Below are positions 1 through 9,033 of a stretch of DNA of 64,000 bases, piece after piece. The position numbers and the translations under genes are program-made. The stretch is from an uncultured Verrucomicrobiota bacterium (GTDB taxonomy: Bacteria > Verrucomicrobiota > Verrucomicrobiia > Limisphaerales > UBA9464), in NCBI GenBank assembly GCA_903896505.1, contig CAITXU010000203.1:6659-70658 (forward strand), given 5' to 3'. The notes under the pieces were generated by a model. It was not told where the DNA came from, ran no database searches, and saw only the letters and a list, made by a program, of their open reading frames with translations. Each line of letters starts with the position of its first letter. Positions within the stretch are counted from its first letter, which is position 1.

Positions 1-60
1 TCCCCGGGAACCGCAAGGACCGGAGGGCACGGTGGGATTGCGATTCAACGGAGCCGAGGC

Positions 61-398
61 CATCCAAAGGATTTGTGGCCGTTTGCCCAATTGAGTCATG
101 CCGAAAGCGGTATGGCTGTGACCGATGCGAGAGTCCGACGCAGGATTCCAACCTGCCAGTTGGTCCGCAAGTCCCCCAGCCTCGGAAACCGGGACGAGCC
201 CGGCAGGTCCGGAAGTCAGCGAAACGGCAGCATCCCACCCGTGGCTCTCCGGGGTCTGGCCGGGTATAACTTGCGGGGTGGACGTGGCACGGACCGCCGC
301 GGATCGACAGGAGCCTCGCCCTACCGATGTGACTGTGATTCATCAGGTTGCAGACGAATCAACCGTTGAGGTCAAAAGCTGTTATTTGGAAGACAAGA
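61..398 (+). repeat. Dispersed non-coding repeat, copy A (inverted partner at 15603-15991)
   Basis: Read directly. 215-398 aligns almost base for base with the reverse complement of 15603-15785. Shared strings include 'ggcagcatcccacccgtgg', 'gccgggtataacttgc', 'gacaggagcctcgccctaccgatgtgactgtgattcat' and 'aggttgcagacgaatcaaccgttgaggtcaaaagctgttattt'. Patchier similarity with indels continues to 'catccaaag' (61-69 versus rc of ~15983-15991). The ORFs across it (73-369, 75-269, 125-463) differ between copies by non-synonymous changes and a stop, so I treat it as non-coding. Confidence 0.75.
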
Positions 399-452
399 AT
401 CTCTGGGCTATGGCTCGGTGGGTAGTTCATGAAACGAAAAGCCGGATACAGA

Positions 453-487
453 AAGGGCTTTGAGGCAAAAACCGCCTCAAAGCCCTT
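453..487 (-). terminator. Probable intrinsic terminator of the 555-2378 gene
   Basis: Perfect 14-bp stem 'aagggctttgaggc'/'gcctcaaagccctt' with a 7-nt loop, about 70 nt downstream of the minus-strand stop. On the minus strand it is followed by a T-rich 'tttctgtatccggcttttcgtttc'. Confidence 0.55.
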
Positions 488-554
488 ATGATGTTAAATC
501 CGACGACGGATAATTAAGACGTCTCGGGGAGATTGGCCATCTCCAAGCTTCCGA

Positions 555-2378
555 TCACTGGTAGGTGATGGTCAGTACGCCGTTGGCGAGAGAGATACCG
601 GTGATCTTGTCGCTCCCCTGGACGCGGAAGAACTGAGCCTTACCGGTGGCCGATACTTTGATCGACTTGGCGGCGGTATCGATGACGGCACTGGACACCG
701 TTGTATAGGGTCCCTTCACGGTGGATGAGCCCTGAAGTTCAACGGCAGTTGGTGCGCTTGGGATGCCGCGGATGATGATTCCGCTGATGCCCCCGGAGCT
801 GTCTTCCATTTCGGCCATCCACAAGTATTCTCCAGCCTTGATGTCGACCGTGACCGTGCGCGGTTGGCCAAATGGGAGGACCGTGCCGTCGTCGCCCACG
901 CCCGAATAATTCCCGGTGTTCTGCGTGGCCGGCTCCTTGGAGCCGCTGATACCATCCACCCAAATCTTGCCATGGCGACCGTTGGAGTCAGTCGTCCGGC
1001 CCTCGAAGGCTGTTACGTTATATTTGCCAGGCTTCAAGCCGGCGAAGCGGAGGAGGCTTTCAGTGCCCGCAGTATCGGGTACGCGATATATATAATCGTC
1101 CTTGACGATGGAGGGGACCAAAACGCCGTCGTAAACCACGGCGATTCCTTCCTTCGTGGGGTTATTGGCGGTCTGGCCGGTCATGTACGGAGGGGCGTCG
1201 GGAGCGACGGATTCTGCCAACGCCTTGTTGTCTTTGATGGTTAAGGTGACGTTCGCATTGCCGTCCTTGGAGAAGTCAGTGAGCTTCCAAGTCACTTCAG
1301 CACCATCGGCACTGGGCGTGCCCGAGATGCTTGCACTATCGGGAACCACATTGGCATTGGGATCAGCGTAGGTCCATGTCGGGATGACATTCCAATCCTT
1401 CAACGGTGCTGGGGCACCCACTTCGACACCATCCGGATCCAGCTTCGGGGTTCCATCGAGAGCTGTCTGTGCCCGCTCATTTTCGAGTTGGCCGAAGTCG
1501 ACCTTGAAGAGACCCGGTGAATCCACGGGGTCCGCGCTGCGAATGATCATTCCGCTGATGCCGCCGGAGCTGTCTTCCATCTCGGCAAACCAAAGGTATT
1601 CGCCAGCTTTGAGAGTGACGGTGACCGTCCGTGGCTGCCCCTTGTATAGCTTGGTCCCGGAGTCATCGACTCCCGAGTAATTCCCTGTGTTTTGCGTGGC
1701 AGGCTCTTTTGTGGCGGTTATCCCATCCACCCAAATTTTTCCGAAACGACCGTTGCTGTCGGTTGTGCGGCCTTCGAAAACGGTCACGTTGTAGGTTCCC
1801 GGATCGAGATTGGCGATCCGCATCAGGCTTTCTGTTCCGGCCGTATCCGGCGCCCGGTAGAGATAATCGTCCTTGACGGTGAACGGGACGCGAACCCCGT
1901 CATACAAGACATCGATCCCTTCCTTGGTGGGATTGTTGGCGGTCTGGCCCGTCATGTACGGAGGGGCGTCGGGCGCCAGGGATTCGGCCAACGCTTTGTT
2001 GTCCAAAATCGTTATGGTAACATTCGTTTTGGCGGGCAACGACGAATCGATGAGCGGCCAGGTTACCTCCGTCCCAGCAGGGTTGGGAGTACCTATGGCA
2101 CTGGCACTTCCAGGGGTGACGTTGGCCACCGGATCTGCATAGGTCCACGTGGGGAGGATCGTCCAATCAATGAGATTGGCGGGGGCGGGGAGAGGATTTC
2201 CATTGTTATCCATGATCGGATCACCATTGGCATCCACTGGAGGGCGTTCGTTTTCAAGATGACCAAAATCAATCTTAAACAGAGCGGCCTGGGTTTGGTT
2301 GATGACTGGGGTGCCCAGTGCGGCAACTAATGCGGCACAGTTCACCGACTTCATGAGGCTGCGTTTGACTGGGTTCAT
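555..2378 (-). CDS. Exported protein with two tandem ~257-aa beta-rich modules plus a C-terminal FFRV-type domain; function unknown
   Basis: 607-aa ORF with an ATG start and an N-terminal signal-like 'MKSVNCAALVAALGTPV'. Both halves carry 'LFK(I/V)DFG.LENER', 'DNKALAES.APDAPPYMTGQTANNPTKEGI', 'FEGRTTDSNGR.GKIWVDG' and 'AEMEDSSGGISG.IIR'. No enzymatic motif recognised. Confidence 0.85.
   Translation of the reverse strand: MNPVKRSLMKSVNCAALVAALGTPVINQTQAALFKIDFGHLENERPPVDANGDPIMDNNGNPLPAPANLIDWTILPTWTYADPVANVTPGSASAIGTPNPAGTEVTWPLIDSSLPAKTNVTITILDNKALAESLAPDAPPYMTGQTANNPTKEGIDVLYDGVRVPFTVKDDYLYRAPDTAGTESLMRIANLDPGTYNVTVFEGRTTDSNGRFGKIWVDGITATKEPATQNTGNYSGVDDSGTKLYKGQPRTVTVTLKAGEYLWFAEMEDSSGGISGMIIRSADPVDSPGLFKVDFGQLENERAQTALDGTPKLDPDGVEVGAPAPLKDWNVIPTWTYADPNANVVPDSASISGTPSADGAEVTWKLTDFSKDGNANVTLTIKDNKALAESVAPDAPPYMTGQTANNPTKEGIAVVYDGVLVPSIVKDDYIYRVPDTAGTESLLRFAGLKPGKYNVTAFEGRTTDSNGRHGKIWVDGISGSKEPATQNTGNYSGVGDDGTVLPFGQPRTVTVDIKAGEYLWMAEMEDSSGGISGIIIRGIPSAPTAVELQGSSTVKGPYTTVSSAVIDTAAKSIKVSATGKAQFFRVQGSDKITGISLANGVLTITYQ
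759..2282 (-). repeat. In-frame internal duplication (2 x ~257 codons) within the 555-2378 gene
   Basis: By manual count, aa 33-289 and aa 290-~540 are collinear and mostly identical. The DNA copies differ at many synonymous sites. Confidence 0.85.
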
Positions 2379-2627
2379 AGGCTTTAGGTCACTAAACGGG
2401 CACTATGCGGGTTATGAAACTGGAACTTTTGTCATGAAACCATTTCGTCACTGGATGTCCATGAAAATGTTTCAGAAATAAGGGCATTTTCTCCTTTCTT
2501 ACAAGCGAGATTCCTGAACCTCATACCCATCAGGCCCGGCCGGTGGGTGCGGAAGTGGTCTGCCATTCTGGACGGCACGATAAAACGAATGTGTCTAAGA
2601 AAATCAGGCCCGAAACGTCCAATCCGC

Positions 2628-2870
2628 ATGAAGGCAATTCTCATTCCATGGGTGTGTGCAGTACTCTTCGGGTTTGCATTCGTCGAGTGCCTGGCGATGA
2701 GGTCCATTGGGAGCATCACTGAAGGTGAGGCAAAGGCCATGGGGTTGGAGGTCCGCGCAACGGCGGCGGGACCTGATGCCGTATGGTTGGAACTGGAGTT
2801 CAAGGTAGCGGGCAAATTGAAGGACTACCGACCCGAATTCAGCCATGTGGATTTGGAATACCCCCGGTGA
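2628..2870 (+). CDS. Possible small exported protein (hypothetical)
   Basis: Internal ATG of ORF 2547-2870 gives 'MKAILIPWVCAVLFGFAFVEC...' with a signal-peptide-like N-terminus. It sits in a lower-GC divergent intergenic region. No family recognised. Confidence 0.25.
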   Translation: MKAILIPWVCAVLFGFAFVECLAMRSIGSITEGEAKAMGLEVRATAAGPDAVWLELEFKVAGKLKDYRPEFSHVDLEYPR

Positions 2871-3053
2871 CTTTCGGATGAAAAATCTGGTTCAGTTCCT
2901 CGTTGGTGCCTTTTCTTCCCAGGTCGGTTTCATGACTGCGTTGGCGAACGATGGGTGTCGCGAGTTTCTTTTTTTATTCGCCGGTGGTTTTTTTACGTCC
3001 GCAAGGTAGTCTTCCGGTACATCTCGACATCAAGTGCAGGCCTTGCTCCGCAA

Positions 3054-4679
3054 ATGAACCCGGTTTTTCATGCGTTTCGTCGCTGGAGGGCAATTGCCCG
3101 GACCAGCATGACCAGTCTCTTCCTCCTGATTTCTGTTCAGGCGATCGCCACCCCCATTGCAATCGATCCCCAAATCCAAATCCGCTGGGTATTGTCGACC
3201 GTGGCAGACTCTGGGGCCAAATCGGTTCGAATTGCCAAAAATCCGCGCAATAGCGAACTGTACTATCTCAAGGCCAACGGCGAAATTTACCGGGTGAATC
3301 TTGCCCCGGGCACAGGTTCCACGGCCATCTTGAATTACACGTCCGCCGACCACGGTTTGTCCACCAGCGTCGAGGGATTTGCCATTGGCTCAGATGGCAC
3401 CATGTATGTCACCGGAAATAGCAGGACGAACAACGGGAATGCAAACTGGGTTCGAATCATGAAGGGCGTTCCCAGCGGTGCCGGACGGAAGTGGACCACC
3501 CTTGCAGAGACCCAGCCGTACCCTTTGAGTAAAACGGCCTATGATCACCTGGCCAACGGCCTTGTCGTGAGCCCCGATGGACAATGGTTATTTATTAACT
3601 TCGGCTCTCGCACAGACCACGGTGAAGTCGAATCGACCGGCGGTTTGTACCCGAACCTTCGGGAAACCGGTTTGACCGCGAAGATTCTGAGGCTTCCCAC
3701 CTCTGGACAGGACCTCATTCTGACCAACGATATCGCTGCACTTAAGAGCGCCGGCTATGTATTCGCCGAGGGCACTCGCAATGCTTTCGACCTCGGGTTT
3801 GCTCCCAATGGCGATCTGTTTGCCACCGACAATGGTCCAGATCGCGACATGTCCGACGAATTGAATTGGTTGCAAGCGGGCCAACACTACGGTTTTCCCT
3901 GGCGTATGGGGGGAGCCGACAATCCTCAGCAATTCCCCGACTACGACCCTGCGCAGGACAACCTTCTGGATTTGCGGTACGGAGCGGTTAAAGCGGGTAC
4001 CTACAAGAACGACCCGACCTTTCCGAAGCCGTCGGCCCTTTTCTCGGAACCGGTCATCAACCTCGGCCCCAACGCCAACAGCTATCGAAGTCCCGATGGT
4101 TCGATTCACAAGTCCGTCAAGGGCCAAAGTCTCAGCACGTTCACGGCTCACCGGTCGCCCTTGGGGCTTGTTTTCGATGTCGAGGGTGCCCTGGCCTATC
4201 CGTATCAGGAGCACGGTTTTGTGTTGGGCTGGACCCATGGCGATCCGGATGGCGACAGTGTCGTTGGTCCCTTTAAGGACGCTGGTGAGGACCTCAGTGA
4301 TCTGAATCTGACCAAGCTGGGAGAGACCAACTACCAGGCACAGGTGACCACCATTGTCGGTGGATTCTCAAATCCCGTCGACGCCGCGATCATCGGGAAC
4401 AGGATTTACGTGATTGAATACGGTGGAGACCAGAGCATTTGGGAGTTGTCTTTTCCACCCTCGATCACGTTATCTTCCCCCTCCCTCGTGACCCGGGGCA
4501 TCGACTTCACCTCGGATGGACCCGCAGGCCAGACCAATTTTCTTTCAACTTCGACCAACCTACGGACCTGGCAGCCTCTGACGAATTTTCTCCCCCTTTC
4601 CAGTCCGTACCGCATTCGCGTCCCGACACCAACAAACCCGCCATCGCCATTCCGCTTCTATCGGGTAACGACCCAATAG
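3054..4679 (+). CDS. Exported PQQ-dependent sugar dehydrogenase-like beta-propeller protein with C-terminal RFYR domain
   Basis: 'DNGPDRDMSDELNWLQAGQHYGFPWRMGG' resembles the soluble glucose/sorbosone dehydrogenase (YliI-type) signature. The ORF opens at 2955, but the ATG at 3054 gives 'MNPVFHAFRRWRAIARTSMTSLFLLISVQAIA', a signal peptide. The protein ends '...SPFRFYRVTTQ'. Confidence 0.8.
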   Translation: MNPVFHAFRRWRAIARTSMTSLFLLISVQAIATPIAIDPQIQIRWVLSTVADSGAKSVRIAKNPRNSELYYLKANGEIYRVNLAPGTGSTAILNYTSADHGLSTSVEGFAIGSDGTMYVTGNSRTNNGNANWVRIMKGVPSGAGRKWTTLAETQPYPLSKTAYDHLANGLVVSPDGQWLFINFGSRTDHGEVESTGGLYPNLRETGLTAKILRLPTSGQDLILTNDIAALKSAGYVFAEGTRNAFDLGFAPNGDLFATDNGPDRDMSDELNWLQAGQHYGFPWRMGGADNPQQFPDYDPAQDNLLDLRYGAVKAGTYKNDPTFPKPSALFSEPVINLGPNANSYRSPDGSIHKSVKGQSLSTFTAHRSPLGLVFDVEGALAYPYQEHGFVLGWTHGDPDGDSVVGPFKDAGEDLSDLNLTKLGETNYQAQVTTIVGGFSNPVDAAIIGNRIYVIEYGGDQSIWELSFPPSITLSSPSLVTRGIDFTSDGPAGQTNFLSTSTNLRTWQPLTNFLPLSSPYRIRVPTPTNPPSPFRFYRVTTQ

Positions 4680-4720
4680 ACCTTTTTCTGATTGTCGCCA
4701 CAACGCCTGGAAGTAAGAAC

Positions 4721-5887
4721 ATGCGCCCCTCTTTTCACCCGGCGGCACGCCTGCTTTCGTCGATGGGGCTGGTTTTCGCCCTCTGTGCATGCCGCAAGAG
4801 CGTGCCGATAGCGCTGGAGCGTCCACCGGCAGAGGTATCCTTTGTGGCCGTGGCGTCGGAGGCGGTTGAGCGCACATCCGAATATCCGGGGCGGATTGCC
4901 CCCACCCGCGAGGCTCAGGTCCGCGCCCGCGCCTCTGGAATCCTCCAGAAACGCCTGTTCGAGGAAGGATCTAATGTCAAGGAGGGACAGGTCTTATTCG
5001 AGATCGATCCCGCCCCGTTGTGGTCCAGCCTGGAAGCCGCCAGAGCCGCCACCGCCAGAGCCGAAGCGGCGCTGCAGGTTTCGCGGGCCAACGTGGACCG
5101 ATACAAGGAATTGGTTCCGATCAACGCGATCAGCAAACAGGTCTATGATCAAGCGGTGGCGTTGCGTGGCCAGAACGAGGCTGAATTCCTCGCAGCGAAG
5201 GCGGTGGCCCAAACGGCGGAATTGAATCTCGGCTATACCCACGTCACAGCCCCGATATCCGGGAGGATTGGCAAGGCGATGGTCACCGAGGGGGCCTTGG
5301 TCAGCGCGACCGAGGCGACGCAATTGGCCCTCATCCGCCAGATGGACCCGGTGTATTTCGATTTCACCCAATCGAGTGCCGACTTGTTGCGATTGCGGAA
5401 AGCCATCGAAAACGGTTATCTCCAGACTGCGGATCGGAGCATCGCGGGCGTGACATTGGTCCTGGAGGACGGCACGCCCTATGCCCATCCTGGGCGGCTT
5501 CTGTTTACCGATATATCGGTCGATCCGAGCACCGGCATGATCACCCTCCGGTCTGAATTTCCGAATCCGGAAAACCTTCTTCTGCCCGGGGTATTTCTCC
5601 GTGCCCGCATTGTCGAGGGGGTGAGCACCAACGCTCTGACGATTCCCCAGCGTACCATCACCCGTGGCGCTGCGGGGGAGGCCTCTGTTCTGGTGGTCAG
5701 TGTGGACAACAAGATGGAGTCGCGCGTCATCGAAATTGATCGAGCGGTGGGGAGTAAAGTGGTTGTGGCCAAGGGGCTGAAAAGTGGTGAACGGGTGGTG
5801 GTGGAAGGCTCCCAAAAAGCGCTTCCGGGTTCGCTCGTGAGTCCGGTTCCCTTTGTTCAGCCGGCACGCGGCGTCAAGCCCAACTAG
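4721..5887 (+). CDS. RND efflux periplasmic adaptor (MFP, AcrA/MexA-like) lipoprotein
   Basis: 'VRARASGILQKRLFEEGSNVKEGQVLFEIDP', a coiled-coil segment, and 'YTHVTAPISGRIGKA' are typical of HlyD/AcrA-family adaptors. The ATG at 4721 gives a lipoprotein-like 'MGLVFALCAC'. The ORF itself extends upstream to 4439. The gene sits immediately upstream of the RND pump. Confidence 0.9.
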   Translation: MRPSFHPAARLLSSMGLVFALCACRKSVPIALERPPAEVSFVAVASEAVERTSEYPGRIAPTREAQVRARASGILQKRLFEEGSNVKEGQVLFEIDPAPLWSSLEAARAATARAEAALQVSRANVDRYKELVPINAISKQVYDQAVALRGQNEAEFLAAKAVAQTAELNLGYTHVTAPISGRIGKAMVTEGALVSATEATQLALIRQMDPVYFDFTQSSADLLRLRKAIENGYLQTADRSIAGVTLVLEDGTPYAHPGRLLFTDISVDPSTGMITLRSEFPNPENLLLPGVFLRARIVEGVSTNALTIPQRTITRGAAGEASVLVVSVDNKMESRVIEIDRAVGSKVVVAKGLKSGERVVVEGSQKALPGSLVSPVPFVQPARGVKPN

Positions 5888-5895
5888 GGCCCTCC

Positions 5896-8800
5896 ATGGC
5901 GCATTTTTTCATCCATCGGCCTGTTTTTGCCTGGGTCGTTTCGATCCTGATCATGGTGCTGGGCGGGCTGGCGATTGCCAGATTGCCTGTCGCCCAGTAC
6001 CCGAGCGTGGCACCGCCATCGGTCTCGGTCACCGCCAACTATGCCGGCGCATCGGCCGAGACGTTGCAGGAGGCCGTGACCTCGGTCATTGAGCAGCAAC
6101 TCAACGGAATCGACAATCTGCTTTACATGACTTCGGGCAGTGACGCGGCAGGCACCGCCACCGTCACCCTGTATTTCCTTCCAGGGACCAATCCCGACAC
6201 GGCACAGGTTCAAGTCCAGAACAAGGTGCAACTGGCCACGCCCAGTCTCCCGCTGACCGTCCAACAGCAAGGTGTGGTTGTGGCCAAGGCCACGCGGAAC
6301 TTCATGATGTTTTTCACGCTGTCGACCACGGACGACAGCCTCGATGAGGTCGCACTGGGCAATTACATCTCCGCCAGTGTCCTCGATCCGATTCGCCGCG
6401 TAAGTGGTGTGGGAGAGGCCAATCTGTTTGGTTCCCAATACGCCATGCGGGTATGGCTGGACCCTGCCAAAATGGACAGCTTTGGACTGACTGCGTCCGA
6501 AGTCGCAGCCGCGATTCAGGCACAAAACACCCAGGTTCCAGTGGGACAGATTGGGGCGGTGCCCTCCGTGCCTGGACAACAACTCAACGTGATTATGCAG
6601 GGCCGGACGACCCTTCGTACCGTGCCCGAGTTCGAGAAGATCATTCTCCGCGCCAATTCAGATGGCTCGCGGGTCTACTTGAAGGATGTCGGGCGGGTCG
6701 CTCTCGGTGCCGAAAACTACGGCACTCAGGCCCGGGTCAACGGGCATCTCTCCGCTGCCGTCGCCATCAAACTTTCGCCCACGGCCAATGCCTTGAACAC
6801 GGCCGCGGCTGTGCGCGCCAAGGTGGCCGATCTTTCCCGCTTTTTCCCGGCGGGAGTTCGGGTCGACTACCCGCTGGATACTTCCACCTTTGTCCGGATT
6901 TCCATTGAAGAAGTCCTCAAGACGCTTCTGGAAGCGATCGTCCTGGTGTTTCTGGTGATGTACTTGTTCCTGCAGAACCTCCGGGCAACGTTCATCCCCA
7001 CCATCGTCGTTCCGGTCGCGCTCCTCGGCACCTTCGCCTCCATGCTGGCGTTCGGTTTCACCATCAACGTACTGACGATGTTTGGCATGGTCCTGTCCAT
7101 TGGCATCCTCGTCGACGATGCCATTGTGGTCGTTGAAAACGTCGAGCGGATCATGGCCGATGAGGGCCTTTCGCCTATCGAGGCGACCCGCAAAGCGATG
7201 AGCCAGCTCACCGGCGCTCTGATCGGCATCACCCTGGTTCTGACAGCGGTGTTCATCCCCATGGCCTTCTTCAGCGGTTCGGTTGGAACCATCTACCGGC
7301 AATTTTCCCTGTCGCTGGTTTCTTCGATGGTCTTCTCGGTTTTCCTGGCGATGTCGCTGACCCCGGCCCTGTGCGCCACCCTGCTGAAGCCAATACCCAA
7401 AGGACGCAAGCACGAGAAACGGGGCTTCTTCGGTTGGTTCAACCGCACCTTTTCCTCGGCGACGAACCGCTACCAATCCTCGGTGGAACGGATATTGCTC
7501 CACAAGAGGGCGTCGATGGCTGTGTTTCTCGGCATTGTTTGTTTGGTCGGAGTCCTCTACGCCCGGATGCCGTCCTCGTTCCTCCCGGCTGAGGACCAGG
7601 GCTATTTTATCACCAACATCCAGTTGCCGGTCGGGGCGACCCAGGAAAGAACCCAGGAGGTTCTCCGACAGGTTGAGAGCTATTTCCTCAAGCAGTCCGA
7701 AATTGAGAGCTTCATCACGGTGGCCGGCTTCAGCTTTAACGGGCGGGGGCAGAATTCCGCGCTTTCTTTCGGACGACTGAAGGACTGGAGCCTGCGGAAA
7801 GGTCCGGAGCACACCGTCCAGTCGGTGATCGCACGCGCCGCCGGGACCTTCGCGTCCATCAAGGATGCGATCATTTTCCCGCTGAATCCTCCAGCCATTG
7901 CCGAACTTGGCAATTCCACCGGATTCGATTTCCAACTTCAGGACCTTGGGGGCCTCGGTCATGCCGCGTTGGTTGCTGCGCGAAATCAACTTCTTGCCAT
8001 GGCCGCCACTAATCCGGTGGTGGTTGGCGTCCGCGTTCAGGGACTTGACGACGCCGCCCAATTGAAGGTGGAGGTGGACGAAGAAAAGGCGACCACCCTG
8101 GGTGTTTCCCTGACCGACATCAATACCACCCTGCAAACCGGCTTCGGTTCGAGTTATATCAACAACTTCATCAACGGGAATCGGGTCCAGCGTGTGATTG
8201 TTCAGCTGGACGCGCCATTCCGCATGTCACCGGAAGATGTCGGCAGGCTCTATGTGAAGAATCACGCAGGGTCGATGGTCCCCCTTTCCGCCTTCACCAC
8301 CGTCAAGTGGATATTCGGTTCGCCGCAGTTGCAGAACTACAACGGTTTTCCGTCCTACGAACTGGTGGGAGCCGCCGCCCCGGGAAAGAGCACGGGTGAG
8401 GCCATGCAGGCGATGGAGGAAATGGCCCGGCAGCTTCCGCGTGGCATTGGATATGAATGGACCGGACAATCCTATGAAGAACGACTGTCGGGTTCGCAGG
8501 CCCCCACGCTGTACGCCCTGTCGCTGTTGGTGGTGTTTCTTTGCCTTGCGGCACTCTACGAAAGCTGGCCGATTCCCTTATCGGTGATCCTGGTCGTCCC
8601 GCTGGGAGTCCTCGGAGCACTGGCCGCCGCCGCTCTTCGCGGCCTGCCCAACGATGTCTATTTCAAGGTGGGCCTTTTGACCACCGTCGGTCTGGCGACG
8701 AAGAACGCCATTTTGATCATTGAATATGCCAAGGACCTCCAGGCCGCTGGTAAATCTGCCGTGGAGGCAACCATCGAGGCGGTCCATCTCCGGCTTCGTC

Positions 8801-9033
8801 CGGTGCTGATGACCTCCTTTGCCTTCATTCTTGGGGTGATGCCGTTGGTCGTCAGCGTCGGCGCGGGTTCTGCCAGCCGCAACGCCATCGGTACCGGTGT
8901 GGCCGGCGGGATGTTTGCCGCCACCGCCATAGGAATATTCTTAATTCCCGTATTCTACGTCGTGGTCCGAAGTGTCTTTAAACCGAAGTCACACGTCGGA
9001 ATATCCGACGCCAAGGCGGGACAGGTCCCATGA
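5896..9033 (+). CDS. RND multidrug efflux permease (HAE1, AcrB/MexB-like)
   Basis: 1045 aa. N-terminus 'MAHFFIHRPVFAWVVSILIMVLGGLAI' and 'GILVDDAIVVVENVER' are classic AcrB-family motifs, and the length and 12-TM layout are consistent. Confidence 0.97.
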   Translation: MAHFFIHRPVFAWVVSILIMVLGGLAIARLPVAQYPSVAPPSVSVTANYAGASAETLQEAVTSVIEQQLNGIDNLLYMTSGSDAAGTATVTLYFLPGTNPDTAQVQVQNKVQLATPSLPLTVQQQGVVVAKATRNFMMFFTLSTTDDSLDEVALGNYISASVLDPIRRVSGVGEANLFGSQYAMRVWLDPAKMDSFGLTASEVAAAIQAQNTQVPVGQIGAVPSVPGQQLNVIMQGRTTLRTVPEFEKIILRANSDGSRVYLKDVGRVALGAENYGTQARVNGHLSAAVAIKLSPTANALNTAAAVRAKVADLSRFFPAGVRVDYPLDTSTFVRISIEEVLKTLLEAIVLVFLVMYLFLQNLRATFIPTIVVPVALLGTFASMLAFGFTINVLTMFGMVLSIGILVDDAIVVVENVERIMADEGLSPIEATRKAMSQLTGALIGITLVLTAVFIPMAFFSGSVGTIYRQFSLSLVSSMVFSVFLAMSLTPALCATLLKPIPKGRKHEKRGFFGWFNRTFSSATNRYQSSVERILLHKRASMAVFLGIVCLVGVLYARMPSSFLPAEDQGYFITNIQLPVGATQERTQEVLRQVESYFLKQSEIESFITVAGFSFNGRGQNSALSFGRLKDWSLRKGPEHTVQSVIARAAGTFASIKDAIIFPLNPPAIAELGNSTGFDFQLQDLGGLGHAALVAARNQLLAMAATNPVVVGVRVQGLDDAAQLKVEVDEEKATTLGVSLTDINTTLQTGFGSSYINNFINGNRVQRVIVQLDAPFRMSPEDVGRLYVKNHAGSMVPLSAFTTVKWIFGSPQLQNYNGFPSYELVGAAAPGKSTGEAMQAMEEMARQLPRGIGYEWTGQSYEERLSGSQAPTLYALSLLVVFLCLAALYESWPIPLSVILVVPLGVLGALAAAALRGLPNDVYFKVGLLTTVGLATKNAILIIEYAKDLQAAGKSAVEATIEAVHLRLRPVLMTSFAFILGVMPLVVSVGAGSASRNAIGTGVAGGMFAATAIGIFLIPVFYVVVRSVFKPKSHVGISDAKAGQVP

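Noticed and set aside
73-463. Three overlapping ORFs (73-369, 75-269, 125-463) and their counterparts at 15649-15972(-) and 15652-15936(+)
   Set aside because: They lie wholly within the two repeat copies. Differences between copies are mostly non-synonymous and include a stop, so there is no evidence of coding constraint.
2955-3053. N-terminal extensions offered by the ORF track for several genes (2955, 4439, 13255, 13656, 15991, 19935, 21862, 30080, 60590, 61316, 63235)
   Set aside because: In each case a downstream start yields a proper signal peptide, lipobox or domain start and removes an overlap with the neighbouring gene or repeat. The extensions are low-complexity and Arg/Pro-rich.
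6658-8136. 492-aa ORF antisense to the RND pump. Similar long antisense ORFs occur at 4994-5815, 5884-6582, 9084-9755, 10853-11665, 16666-17325, 19036-19803, 20796-21722, 31199-32056, 38221-39111, 41344-42306, 48160-49215 and 49279-50862.
   Set aside because: These are typical stop-poor shadow frames of high-GC coding DNA. Their translations are Arg/Gly/Pro-rich with no motifs, while the opposite strand carries clear family signatures in every case.
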